This document shows, piece after piece, positions 24,597 to 37,350 of a stretch of 64,000 bases of DNA. Location: positions 3,658,001 to 3,722,000 of the forward strand of contig NC_058368.1 of assembly GCF_018350175.1 (NCBI RefSeq), given 5' to 3'. How positions within the stretch are numbered: position 1 is the stretch's first letter; each line of letters begins with the position of its first letter. The notes beneath the pieces were generated by a model. It was not told where the DNA came from. It saw only the letters and a program-made list of their open reading frames with translations, and did no database searches. The position numbers were made by a program, and so were the translations under genes. Source of the stretch: Felis catus (taxonomy: Eukaryota).

Positions 24597-24831
24597 TTTT
24601 TAATGTTTAGTTATTTTTGAGAGAGACAGAGCATAAGTGGGGGAGGGGCAGAGAGAGAGGGAGACACAGAATCCGAAGCAGGCTCCAGGGTCCAAGCCGT
24701 CAGCACAGAGCCCCACGTGGGGCTCAAGCCCATGAACCGTGAGATCATGACCTGAGCTGGAGTCAAGAGTCGAATGCTTAACTGACTGAGCCACCCCCAC
24801 CCACGCACCCCAAAAGCTTATTTTTAAAGCA
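24597..24831 (-). mobile_element. CanSINE (SINEC_Fc)
   Basis: Consensus body, reverse strand. Confidence 0.95.
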
Positions 24832-25019
24832 TATCTTTCAAAATATTTGTCACTCTGAACAACAACAAAATGAACCTAATGGTTTGGTTTCACTCTCACA
24901 TTAATAAAAATTATTAGCATGTTGTTCAGCTATTTCCACAAGAAGAGGTACTACAATGACCATTTCCTGCGTTTCTTGGGGTCAAACACTGTCCTCGTGT
25001 TTTCACATTTGTAATCTCA

Positions 25020-25170
25020 CATAAGTTAGCAAACTGCCAAGTTGGGTGTTATTTTCCAAATTTTATAAGTGAGAAAGTTGAGGCCCAGAGCAGCTCAGAG
25101 AATTTGCACAACTTTGCAGAGACTCAAAGCTCTAAACTCTTTTAGCGTTTTAGTTCCTGCTCTCTACCAT
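25020..25170. mobile_element. MIR fragment
   Basis: MIR core attttataagtgagaaagttgaggcccagag. Confidence 0.7.
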
Positions 25171-25414
25171 GCTAACGCAATGAGCTGATCAAGCCTTCGA
25201 TTTTATAGGCCACTCCCAAGTCATTTGGCCTGTCCCTTCTTCTCTTCCAGAAGTCTGCGCTGCAGGGCCTAGAACGTTGTGGTTTCACCATCTAATGCTC
25301 CCATCACCGTAATTTACTTATACATTTCTAACAGCACGTGGTGTGGTTTTCTTTTTGTCTCTGAACTTATCCCCAGTCAAAGCTGGAAACTCTTTGGTCA
25401 TTTTATTATGTCAT

Positions 25415-25622
25415 TTATTTTTATTTTTTAGTTTGTTTAAAGTTTATTTATTTATTTTGAGAGAGAGGCCGAGGGGGAGAGGGAGAGAGAGAGAATCCCA
25501 AGCAGGCTCCCACCAGCAGCATGGAACTGGAGGGGGGGGGCTCAAACTCACCATCTATAAAATCATGATCTGAGTCGAAGCCGAGAGTCAGAGGCTTAAC
25601 CAACTGAGCTACCCAGGTGCCC
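25415..25622 (-). mobile_element. CanSINE
   Basis: Ends ctgagctacccaggtgccc; TSD atgtcatttattt. Confidence 0.9.
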
Positions 25623-28600
25623 ATGTCATTTATTTAAAATCCTCTAAAATGACTAATTTTTCAGAAACATTTTATAGATTAAATTTATTATTTCATGACG
25701 TTATAAAAGACTCTAATTCTCATTCAGAAATCATCTAGCTTCCCTCTCTAAAGGTAACGTTATTCAAATAAACAATGACTAAAATTTTTCTGTCATAAAC
25801 AAGGAAAAAGGTTTATACTTTTTAACCCAAGTGTGAATAGGGAGTAGAAATATGAATGCTTAAGTGAACGGCCAATTACATTCTTTACCTCTCTCAAGGG
25901 ATTTACTAAGTGAGAGAGGTCATCCAAAGAAATGAAACCAATACAAGGCAAATCACAAATACAAACAAGGTAACATGATCAGTTGAAGAGGTTGCATTGG
26001 TTGTTTTTAGACCCATAGATGCTTTTTTGAATCATTTGTCAAAATTGTAGATACCAGCTCTCTTATGACGTTTAAAAGGTTTAATTCATTACACAAATTG
26101 TAAGACAAGGTCCCTGTTTAATGTAAAGTAAGGTCTTCTATATTTACAACCCACAAGGCAATGTAACTAAACACACAAAAAGACTTCCTACGATCTTCGA
26201 AATGTTCGAATATCCATCACTTGCTCCCGTGAAGACGAAAAGCTTTCTGAGTTATTCAGGGCAATTAATTTTTATTTATCATTATTATTGGATACTAAAA
26301 CTATTTATTTGAATTCGGCATCATTGTTAAACATCTACTTTGTTCTTGCCACTGGTTAGTTCTATAATATACACTCTGCTGTAAAACAACTCATTTTCAG
26401 TTTGTATTTGCTAATCCATTAGGAATTCATTAACCTTTTCCAACATCTGTTTCCTGGTAATAAATGATGTTCACACCACGTAGGATTTATTTATTCACTG
26501 ACAATAATTCAAACGCTGAAGAAAAATGGAACCTTAGGCTGAATGTTAAAAATGAATCTCATTTGTTATCTGAAGGTATGCTCTGTTATGATTATTTCCA
26601 CTTCAATAAAATTATTGGTTAATTAACAACTTACAAGGTCAAGTATAATCCTGAAGATACAGAAAAAAATGTTTTTAATTGGTAAGTTTTATGGTTCTAA
26701 TACTTTAGTTCTTAAAAAAGTAATTTAGCCGTACTCTGAATTTTCCAGGTCAGTTGGTATGTTATTCTGTACCAAGTTTCGTATGCTTAATGTAGGGTAT
26801 TGAAGTTATGTACCACTACGGTAGTTGAACTACAACTTGGTTAGACACCAAGGGTTGGGTATACATCAACCATCTAAGAGGCTGGAAATAAGGAGTCATC
26901 GGAAAATGAAAAATGCAGGGACTGAGGTTAAGTGTTAGGAAAAGAGAGAGATGTCATTGGCTGAGTAGGGGGTGAGTAAAACATTGCCTTTCATCCCCTA
27001 ACCAAGTCCCAGGAAAGAGTGGTTGAAGTTCAGTGAAATATTAGTAAAATCTACAGTGTTCCTTTGGGGAAGAAAATATAGTTTACTAAGATAAGGGACA
27101 GCAATACAAGTGGCCCAATCCACATGTATATTTCTTTGCCTTCCTTTAAATGCCCCAAGAATCATTCCATTTCTTATTAGAGCAGAGGTGAAAATCAGCA
27201 CTTGGGAGTGCTGGAAATTTAGTACATATTTTCTGAAATCGATGCTCAATAAACTGTGGCAACTTTAAGGTATTTACCTCATATGAGAAAAATATCAGAA
27301 AGTTTATCTCCTGTGGTTGAAAACTACCATAGATTTTTCGGGAGTTTTTGTAGCAATTATCCAAAGATTATCTCATCGTGTCTGTGTGTGTGGCGGGGGG
27401 GGGGGGGGGGGTTAGATTTATATTTACAAATACAATTTGTATCCACCTGTGCATGGTCCTTTTTTCTTTCTTTTTTCTATGTAAATGGCTACTATGTGCC
27501 TGCTGCTGAAAATACAGAGACGGATGAAATATTATCTTTTCCCTCTTGGAAACCTACTCTCAAACTTCTGTGGAAAAGAGCAATCTGGATGAGAAAAAAA
27601 AACATTTTTTTCAAAATTGTGTATTTTCTTCCTTATTAGTAAACTACCAGTGGAATTGTTATTAATACACTGATAACTTGATGTTCAGCTAGGACAAATC
27701 TGTGATACCTGATAGTGAGCTTATGTGTGTTTTTCTGCAGTATTTTCCATTGTGTATGATATTTTTCCATAGCATATATTGTATCATATTACATATATAT
27801 TTTATATAATGATAATTATAATGACAATTAACATTTAATGTCTGTTTAGTGTACTTTGTAGATTATAATCTTTGTGAGGACAAAAAGTGTGACCCTAATT
27901 TGTTTTTATTGTGATGATATTTATATAACATAACATTTACCATCTTGATTTATGATTTTTAAGTGTTCAATTCAGTGACACGAAGTACATTCACAATGTT
28001 GTGCAACAATCCCCACTATCCATTTGCATTCTTTGCATATCCCAAAGAGAAACTCCACAACTATTACAAATCACCTTTAATTTATCCTTTACCCCACCCT
28101 CTAGTAACCCCTATTCTGCTTTTCTGTCTCTATGAATGTATTTGTTCTAGATGCCCCCTGTTACCGGAACCATGCGATATTTGCCCTTTTGTGACTATGT
28201 TTACTTCACTCAGCATGTTTTCAAGGTTCATCCTTGTTATAGCATGCATCAAAATTGAATTACTTTTAAAGGCTTAATTATGTTCTTTTGTTTGTATAAA
28301 CCCCATTTGGCTTATCCATTCATCTATTGATGGACACGTGGATTGTTTCCACCTTTGGCTCTTACGAATAATGCAGCTACGAACAGGGGTATACAAGTGT
28401 CTGTTCATGTTCCTGCTTTCAGTGCCTTTGGACATATACCTAGGAATGGAATTTCCAGATCATACATTAATTTCTATGCTTAACTCTATTGAGGAACCAC
28501 CAAACTGTTTATCATGGTGGCTGTACTATTTTACATTCCCATAAGCAGTGTGGAGTTCCAATGTCTCCGCATCCTCACCAACTCTTGTAGTTTTCCATTT

Positions 28601-28846
28601 TTTGTTCAATAAGAGCCATTCTAAGGGGAGTGAAATGGTATCTCATTGAGGTTTTGATTTGTTTTCCCTAATTACCAGTGATGCTATGAACCTGTGAATG
28701 TGCTTATTGGACATCTGTGTATCTTATTTGGAGAAATATCTATTCAAGGTGTTGGGCCAATTTGATTAAGTCGCTTTCTTGTTGTTGAGTTGCAGGTGTT
28801 GTTACATTTTCTGGATAATAATCTCTTATTAGGTACGTGGTTTGCA

Positions 28847-29045
28847 GGGGTGTCTGGGTGGCTGCCTGTGTGGCTCGGCAGATTAAGCATCCTAGTGTTG
28901 ATTTCAGCTCAGGTCATGATCTCACAATCATGAGACTGAGTCCTGCGTTGAGCCCCGCGTTGGGCTCCACTTAGGATTCTCTCTCTCTCTCTCTCTCTGT
29001 CTCTCTCCCTCTGCCCCTCCCCCAACCCCCCTTTCTGAAAAAGAA
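28847..29045 (+). mobile_element. CanSINE with a partly duplicated head
   Basis: ggggtgtctgggtggct-gcctgtgtggctc; TSD tggtttgca. Confidence 0.9.
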
Positions 29046-29412
29046 AGGCAGTGGAGGGGGAGATATATGGTTTGCAAATATTTTCTGCCTTTCTTAGGTT
29101 GTCTTTTTACTCTCCCGATAGTGTCCTTTGACTTATAACAGTTTGTAATGTTGATGAAGTCCAACCTATTTTTCCTTTTGTTAACTGTGCTTTTATTGTC
29201 ACATGAGAGTCATCATTGCCCATTGCAGTGTCATAAACATTTTTCCTCTCTTTGGTTTTGTAAGAATGTTATACTTTTAGCCTTTACCTCTATGTCTTTG
29301 ATCTATATTGAGGTGATTTTTGTATAAGGTGTAAGGTAAAAGTCCCACTTCATTATTGCACATGTGGATATCTAGTTTTCACAACACTATTCATTAAAAA
29401 GACTGTCTTTTC

Positions 29413-31174
29413 ACCAAAGAGGTGACATACCTATACTCTGAAAACTAGAAAACATTGATGAAAGAAATTAAAGATGACACAAACAAATGGAAAGATATCC
29501 CATGCACATGGATTGAAAGAGCCAATATTGTTAAAATATCTATGCCATCCAAAGTGATCTACAGATTTAATGTAATCCCTATGAAAATACCAACAGCATT
29601 TTTCACAGAACTGGAACAAATAATCCTAATATTTGCCTCCAATAGACAGAAGACTCCAAAGAGCCAAAACAGTCTTAAAAAAGAAGAACTTTGTTCTTCT
29701 AGCTTTGCTAGAAGTATTACAGTCCCAGATTTCAAATATACTATAAAGCTGCAGTAATGACTAGAACAAAAGTCGACACAGAGAACAGAGAACTCAGAAA
29801 TGAACTCACCATTACATGCTCAACTAATCTTCGACAAAGAAGACAAAAATACACAGTGGAAGAAAGACAGTCTCTTCAACAAATGGTGTGGGGAAAACTG
29901 GACAGCTACATGCAAAAGAATTAAACTGGACCCCTTGCTTACACTACACGAAAAATAAACTCAAAATTAATTAATTAAAGACCTAAATGTAAGACCTGAA
30001 GCCATAAAAATTCTAAAAGAGAGCACAAGCAGTAATTTTTCTGACGATGGTTGTAGCAACATTTTTCTAGACATGTCTCCCAAGGCAAAGGAAACCAAAG
30101 CAAAAATAAACTATTGGGACAACATCAAAATAAAAAGCTTCTGCACGGCAAAAGAAACTATCAACAAAATAAAAATACACTCTACTGAATAGAAGAAGAT
30201 ATTTGCAAATGATATATCCAATAAAGGGTTAGTGTCCAAAACTTATAAGGAAACTACACAACTCAACACCAAAAAAGCCCCCAAATAATCCAGCTTAAAA
30301 ATGGACAAAAGACACAGACGTTTCTCCAAAGAAGACATACAGACCGCCGAAAGATACGTGAAAAGATGCGTAACCGTCACTCATCATCAGAGATATGCAC
30401 ATCAAAACCACAATGAGAGATCACCTCACACCTGTCAGAATGGCTAAAATCAAAAACACAAGAAATCACAAGTATTGACAAGGACGCGGACAAGAAGGGA
30501 CCCTCAGGCACTGTTGGTGAGAGCGCACACTGGTGCAGTCACTGTGGAAAACAGTACGGAGGTTCCTCGAAAACTTAAAAACGGAACTACCATAGGATGC
30601 AGTAATCGCACTACTGGGTATTTACCCAAAGAATAAAGAAGGGATATATAATTGGAAGGGATATATGCACCCCTGTGGTTAGTGCAGCATTATTTACAAT
30701 AGCCAAATTATGGAAACAGTGCTAGTGTCCATCAACAGGTGAATGGATAAAGAAGACGTGACGCATATATACAATGGAATGTTATGCAGCCATAAAAGAG
30801 AATGAAATCTTGCCATTTGCAGCAACACGGACAGAGCTAGAGAGTATAATGCTAAGTGAAATAAGTCAGCCAGAGAAAGACAAATACCATATGATCACAC
30901 TCATGTGTGGACTTAAAGAAAGAAAAAAAAAGACAGACCAAAAAACAGACTCTTAATTATAGAGAACAAACTGATGGTTACTAGAGGGGTGGTGGGCTGG
31001 TGGGGGAGGGATGGGAAGGGGGGGAGGGGGAAGAGGTGGAGGAGATGAGGAGGAGACTTTTCATGCTGAGCACTGGGTAATGGATAGAATTGTTGAACCA
31101 CTATATTGTATACCTGAAACTAACATAACACTGTATGTTAACTATACTGAAATTAACATTTTCTAAAAAAAAAA
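29413..31174 (+). mobile_element. 5'-truncated carnivore LINE-1 (ORF2 3' half and 3'UTR) nested in an older L1
   Basis: [33 protein letters not shown]-rich 3'UTR; poly(A) 31165-31174; TSD aaagactgtc(t/c)tttc at 29398-29412 and 31296-31310. Confidence 0.95.
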
Positions 31175-32599
31175 GGAAGTCAGTCTCATTAACATTAGGA
31201 AACAGACAAGTGTCAAAGTGCCTTCATAAAGCATAACAACGTACAATTGGATTTCACAATGGAAAGTGATCCATTTCTTACAAACAAGAAGAAAGAAAGA
31301 CTGTCCTTTCCTCATTGAAGGATCACGGCACCCTTATTGAAAATCAATTGACCAGATAAGTGCGGGTTTACTTCTGGGCTTTCTCTTCTTACATTTCAGT
31401 TCTTGTGACAGGTGTCCTAGTTGTGAATACTATAGCTTTGTAGTAAGCTTGAAATCAGAAAGTGTGACTCCTCCAATTGTGCTCTTGTCAAGATTGTTTT
31501 GGCTATTCTGGGTCTTTTGAGATTCCATAAGAAACTTATGATGGCTTTTTCTATTTCTGTAAAATAAAAAATCATTACAATTTTGGTAGGGATTGCTTTA
31601 AAATTGGAGATCACTTTGGACAATAGTGTCAGCTTAACAATATTAAACCTTCCAGCCTTGAATTCATGATATATTTCCACTTATTATATATTTTTAAACA
31701 GGAATCTCTAAATAGAAATATTTTGTAGTTTTCATTACACCACTCTTTTGCTTCTTTGGTTAAATCTATTACTAAGCATTTTCTTCTTTAGGATGCTATT
31801 GTAAATGGACTATTGTTTAGATTCTTTTCAGATTGTTCATTGTTAGTGTTTAGAAAATGCTGCTGATTTTGTGTGTTGATTTTCTGGCCTCTGATTCGAA
31901 TCATTATATTCCAAGGATGTATAACAATAAGCAGGTAATGTGTATCTACTGAATAAAGTCATTAAGAACATAGAACATTTTCTTATTCTTTTAAAATAAT
32001 TTATAGGGATCAGTCTGAGCAGATGCTAAAATATATTACTGCATACCAATATCATGCTCAATTAAACTTTTTAATAATGCATGTAAGAACAATAAAATGC
32101 CACGATTTAAACATCATTTCCAGCTTGTTACTATTGGTGCATAGAAATGCTATTGAGTTTTACTTCATAATCTCTCATATCTTTAGTAATCTCTCAAAAT
32201 ATAGTAAGATTGTTTGAGCTTATTTTGTTTGATTATTCTGCATCTACAGTTAATAAATACAAAAATTATAACATTTGTTCTTATTTTTCCAACCTTTATT
32301 CCTCTCTACCTTTTCACATCGTATTCCGTTAACAAAACAATGAAAGCACATAAAATAATAATGGTAATAGTGCCGATACTATTTTGCTTCAATTTGGGGG
32401 GGCGGGGGGAGTGTGTTTTTGGATAAAATTAGCTTTTGGAAACGTTTGGTAATTAGTGAATGTCAGGGCTTGACTTTGCTACAGGGGAGAGAGGTGGTAT
32501 TTTGTTCTTCCATCAGGAGATACACAGTATCTTTTGGTCCGTTTTTTTGTGGCAAATACTGACGATCAGCGACATTGTTTTACAGCGAATAACTCTGAG

Positions 32600-33500
32600 A
32601 CAGAGCTTTGACTCTACAAAAGCTTGCGAAGATGTATATTTAAATTATTTCATAAGCTAACAAAAATCCAAAGTAGTAATAAAGAAGACTCAAAGTACAT
32701 AACAGAGAAAGTTTTTCTATATGAATGACACTTAGAAAATTAAAACCAAAAGAGTCCCATAGAAATGAGCAAAGAACATCAAAGGAGTCACAAAACTGAA
32801 AAACAAAAGGTAAATTAATACATGAAAGGTGTTTATTGTCAACAGAAACCAAAATGATTAAATTAAAAGCACAAAGCGATGCGATTTTTCACACATCGAA
32901 TTGCCAAAGATATCTCCAGGTCGTCCTCTGCTGACAATAGTGCCTAAAATATATCTTTTTTATTGGCACTTTGGCTTTAAGTAGCAAAAGTTTCAAGAAA
33001 TATAAGCTCTTGACCTCTATTTCTTATTTGAAGAACTTTCCCAGGGTAAAAATTCAGAGATACCTAATAAAAAAAGACACAAACGTAAAGAAAATTCATA
33101 TCCGCTTTATTAAAGTAGAGCAATCTACTGAATCTCCTGGACTAGAGGATTTTGTTTAAATACACGACAGTGTATCATATGATAAGCCATTATCCCAATC
33201 ATGTATGAAAGAATATCCAACAAAGTGGGATAAGTATATGATATAAAATTAAACTGTACAAGTCCCAATGGGCAACAAATGGTAAATAATTATTCCAACT
33301 GTTAATTTAAACGCATAGCCTCACAAACACAAGCACACACACGTCTCCACCAGTAAACATCTGGAATGATACCTACTAAAGAAGTACGTCTCAGGCTATG
33401 TCTGAATGGTCCAGCGTAAGGCAGACTTTTTTTTCCCATTTTATACCATTTCATAGGTTCAAATTTTCATAATGAACACCTATCTCTTTCACATTTCAAA
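32600..33500 (+). mobile_element. Very old LINE-1 (L1ME-like) 3' fragments
   Basis: A-rich strand with eroded L1 3' motifs (aaaatgattaaattaaaagcacaaagcgatgcgatttttcacac). Confidence 0.5.
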
Positions 33501-34426
33501 ATGTGATTTTTGAAGACTAGACATTTGCCAGGAAGGAAAAAAAGAACTAAGAGCATTCTAAACAGAAATCCAAGTGCAGATCCAAGTTTAGAAGCAGCAA
33601 AGGGCATGAGGCTTTCTTCAGAGTGTTCTCAGAATGGCAAACTTGAAACCCAACTGCTATCCAAGAATTTGGAGGCTTTTACTGGGTCTATGATCTGTAA
33701 GGACCCAAGCCCTCTGGTCAACAGAGAAGGTACTAGCAGTGAGTAATGAGTGTGTTTTGTAGAATTTAAGAACTGGACTGGGTTGTAATTTGATTCTCGC
33801 CCATTGCTTATCTCTTCCCTAAAGAAAATGGCCCCTGAGTAATCAATGCTTTTCACAAAATTTTCTTCTGTCCTAGAATTCCCAGTTTCCAACTAGAAAT
33901 GTTCAAAACCGTTTCCTTCTCACCACTGTATCACAAGGGAAATTTTAATAGCCTCTGAAGATTTACAATTCGATTTGTTAAGGCCAAATCAAGAATGATT
34001 TCCATTAATTATAGATTGGTAAAAAAAAATTAAAAATATTGTGATTGTTGCTTATACGCATCCGGGCATCGGTATACAGTGTGTCCCATATGCAGTCTCA
34101 TCAGGGATTATATGAAATGTAGGAACTGCACGATGATCATGGAGCTTTGATTCTCAAGATTTATTTCATTGTCCTTGCAGAGTGCGGACATTAAAGTGCC
34201 ATAAACTGCAGTGATTACCACAGATTGAGTTGACATCACAGAAGTCATAAAAATGGACTCTCTGCTCTGACATACCACCAGTCACTGTTCACTAATAAAG
34301 AAAGATCTAGATTATAACCAATAGCATTCTTGGTGTGAGCATTGGGAAGAGGAAATAGTGAACAGCATTAAACTGCATCCATAATTTTGTAATTCTGGAT
34401 ATTTCCAATAATAACACCCTACCCTA

Positions 34427-34613
34427 GGGGCGCCTGGGTGGCTCAGTCGGTTAAGCGTCTGACTCTTGGTTTCGGCTCTGCTCATGATCTCACGGTTTGT
34501 GAGTTCCTGCCCCTCATCAGGCTCTGTGCTGACAGTGGGGAGCCTGCTTGGGATTCTCTCTTTCCCTCTCTGCCCCTACCCCCCACTCAAAATAAATAAA
34601 CTTAAAAAAAAAA
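34427..34613 (+). mobile_element. CanSINE
   Basis: ggggcgcctgggtggctcagtcggttaagcg head; TSD cct(a/g)cccta. Confidence 0.95.
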
Positions 34614-35029
34614 TCCTGCCCTATAAAGCAAAACTCAGTTACAATGGAAAGCTTTCTATATGTAGCCTTTAGAACAGTAGCTGGCACATAGTAACTGCCA
34701 TCCAGAGAAGAAATCTAGTTGTGTGTCCTACAACAATTCGTATTTCTGGTTTTCTGTCTCCCTGCAGGACCAAGGTGCCATTTTGATTAAGTCATCAGAT
34801 ATGCTAATTATACCACAAAATAACCATCCGAAAGTACTGTATAGGGATCTATTGATCTTGACATTCTGTCATCCTCCAAGTATTATTTAGCTAATTAGGG
34901 CAAAAAGCAAATAGGAAAATAATGCCAGTTTTCCAATGTACTTGTAAGCATTATAATGGTTTTATACATGATTTTTAATGAAATTGCAACAAAAGATTTC
35001 AGTAATATAGTCATTAGAAGGCATCTTAT

Positions 35030-35214
35030 GCCAGGATTAGGTGAAGAATGAGGAGAAGTAAGCAGGTATAACCTCAGAGTGAGCCTTTTTAGGTCAAGAA
35101 TGAATTGTGTGAACTCCAGACTCGAGTCAACTCTAGGTTAGAGTGAAAAGAGGTCAATGACCTTTCCCCCTTGAGGATCGAGTCAACTTAAGCATCTTCA
35201 CTCCTTAGTCTGGA
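35030..35214. mobile_element. Probable degenerate hAT MITE (MER96-like termini)
   Basis: Imperfect terminal inverted repeats gccaggattaggtgaagaatg (35030-35050) and catcttcactccttagtctgga (35193-35214). Confidence 0.45.
35151..35163. promoter_or_regulatory. Perfect IR1 element (FXR/RXR consensus) AGGTCAaTGACCT
   Basis: Exact match; extra AGGTCA half-sites at 35091 and 35284. Confidence 0.45.
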
Positions 35215-36999
35215 TCCAGGCTTCCCTGTTCTGTGTTCCATATTTCCAGGTAACTTTGCTGAAAATGTGGATTGACTGTCTTCAGGTCAACATTAGGAGA
35301 GCTGGGACTTGTCAACTTAATAATGAGAATTTTCTTAGGTAACACTAAATGTGTCACAATTCTACTGATATTTAAAAATTACTCACGGGTTTCCACAGAA
35401 AACAAGTTGATCTAATTAAATAATTAAATTATTAATTTCAAAATAATTTAAACTATGAACAAATGCAAAGATATCCATTATCAAGATAGCATCCTTCCCA
35501 CTAATGTTCAAGTATTTTCAACCCTGGCTGAATCTCATCTTAATTCCATCTCTCTGGCATGAAGAGGATAAGATTTTCTCTAATATTTTTCTATGAGTCA
35601 AAAATCTTTCTGAAAAGTGTTCATTGCTCAAGTTTAATTCTTCAGAATTGGCTAACGGTAAAATTTCTTACAAGTGGCTTTGAGCCACTAACTGAAAAAT
35701 ACCAAAAGTCATGTCTGATCCCCTATCCCATGCAACCTTCTTACCAAGATGGGGGGGGGGGGTGGAGAAGAAAAGGAAAGAAAAGGAAAAAATTACATGT
35801 ATTGGCATGGTAGACACTTTCTTAGATGCTTTATTTGTGGAACAAGCATACTGTCCTTTTCAGGACTTTTAATAGTCCACTTCAGCCTCAAATGTGACCC
35901 TGATCTCATACCAAAGTCAACTATGTTCCTACCAGGAGCTGAGGGCCCAACTGTGGTTAAAAAAAAAGGTACTTCTATTTTCATCTTGCTTCCCCATTTT
36001 TTCCCTCCCCCGTCCATCTTCTGACCCCTTCAAAGTCAGGGCACAGAAATGGGGATTTGAAAAAAGAAAGGTGGGGGAAGGATAAAGATCTTACCCCTTA
36101 GCTGCTGCCTCTTGTAATTCTGACTCAGCAGACAGTGGCTGGCCACTGTGTCTTCTATGGCAGCTGTCCAAATGCTGGCTCTCCCAGGGAATGCATGGGT
36201 GGGTTCTTTGGAATCTCTGTGGGCAGAGGTCTCTGTGCTGTGCTCTTCTCTGACGTGGGTGGTATGCTATTTGGCTGATGCTTTGCTGTCAACCCTCAGA
36301 GTCTCTTACTCTTCGAGCAGGCAGCCTTACTGGACAGGGTCCTTCCAAGATGCCTACCTTCTAATGTCTAACTGACCCATAGAAAACATAGGTAGCTTTG
36401 TTTGGCAGACCAGAGGAAGTGAGGTTGGCCCAGATGCTGACTCCTCTTCCTTGTTCTGTGATTTGGGGCTGTTCCAACCAAAGTGCAGACTTCAAAATGT
36501 CCAGCATGGAAAGTAGCACATCAGCGTTTATACATACCTATGTTTCCAAATCCTGGGGACAAAGAGCACGTGCTCACAAGAATTCTTTTGCCTTGTTCTG
36601 CTCACATGGCTGTGTCCGAATGCACCTACAGCTTAGTATGCCTATGATTAAATAGCTTCTTTTAAAGACCTTCAATCTCTAGAAGGTGTTTGTTTGTTTG
36701 TTTGTTTTGGCTCTCTCTCTCTCTCTCTCTCTCTCTTGCCTTACGGGTAGGGGAGTGGCTACTCTTTTCACCAAAAGGGAAAGGAAGACAAAAACCTTAG
36801 AACACCCTGCAATTTCTCTATTCCTGAAAATTCCCCTACACGTTGTCTTTCACATTTTCAAATCTTGTCTCTTAGACGCTTTAGTCACCTGGTGATGGTT
36901 GGATCATTTCTGCTGCATTTTAGAAATTCCCACTTGGACATATTAGCAACTCGTGTAGCCATTTATTGAGACAATAGGAAAGGTCCCATTTGATATTCT

Positions 37000-37170
37000 A
37001 TCACCGATTCAATATCTCATTTAACCCTGACAATAGTCTTTATTACTCTTTTCATTTTATGGAGGAGAATATCAACATCCTTTGATGTAAATAAATGCTC
37101 CAAGCTCACAGTTGGTAGGTGTGCCCAGGATTTGGAATTTAGACGTATTTACCTAAGCATCCTATCATGT
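37000..37170. mobile_element. MIR fragment
   Basis: tctcatttaaccctgacaatag...tttcattttatggaggag...ccaagctcacag. Confidence 0.65.
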
Positions 37171-37181
37171 GCCTTCTACGT

Positions 37182-37350
37182 CTGTGGTTCCGGAACTTCA
37201 GTGTATATCAGAATAACCTGAAGGGCTTCATAAAATGTAGACTGCTTGGCCTCTCAGTGGATGTGAGCAAAAACCCGGAAATCTGAATTTCTGTCAAGGT
37301 TTCGAGGTATGCGGATGCCGCTGATCTGGGGGTTGCACTTTAAGAAGTAA
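37182..37350. mobile_element. MER5-type hAT-Charlie MITE
   Basis: gtggttccggaacttcagtgtatatcagaataacctgaagggctt...gatgccgctgatctgggg...cactttaagaagta. Confidence 0.75.

Larger units (their letters stand above)
27900..31870 (-). mobile_element. Old LINE-1 (L1MA/MB-like) 3' end and ORF2; hosts nested SINE and L1 insertions
   Basis: tacattcacaatgttgtgcaac 3' end; ORF2 remnants on minus (GRFNIVKLTLLSKVISNFKAIP); continuous across the 29413-31295 insertion. Confidence 0.9.

Noticed and set aside
34750..34890. Acceptor tttctgtctccctgcag followed by a 40-codon open frame (DQGAILIKSS...)
   Set aside because: No recognisable protein and no strong donor; such sites are common by chance.
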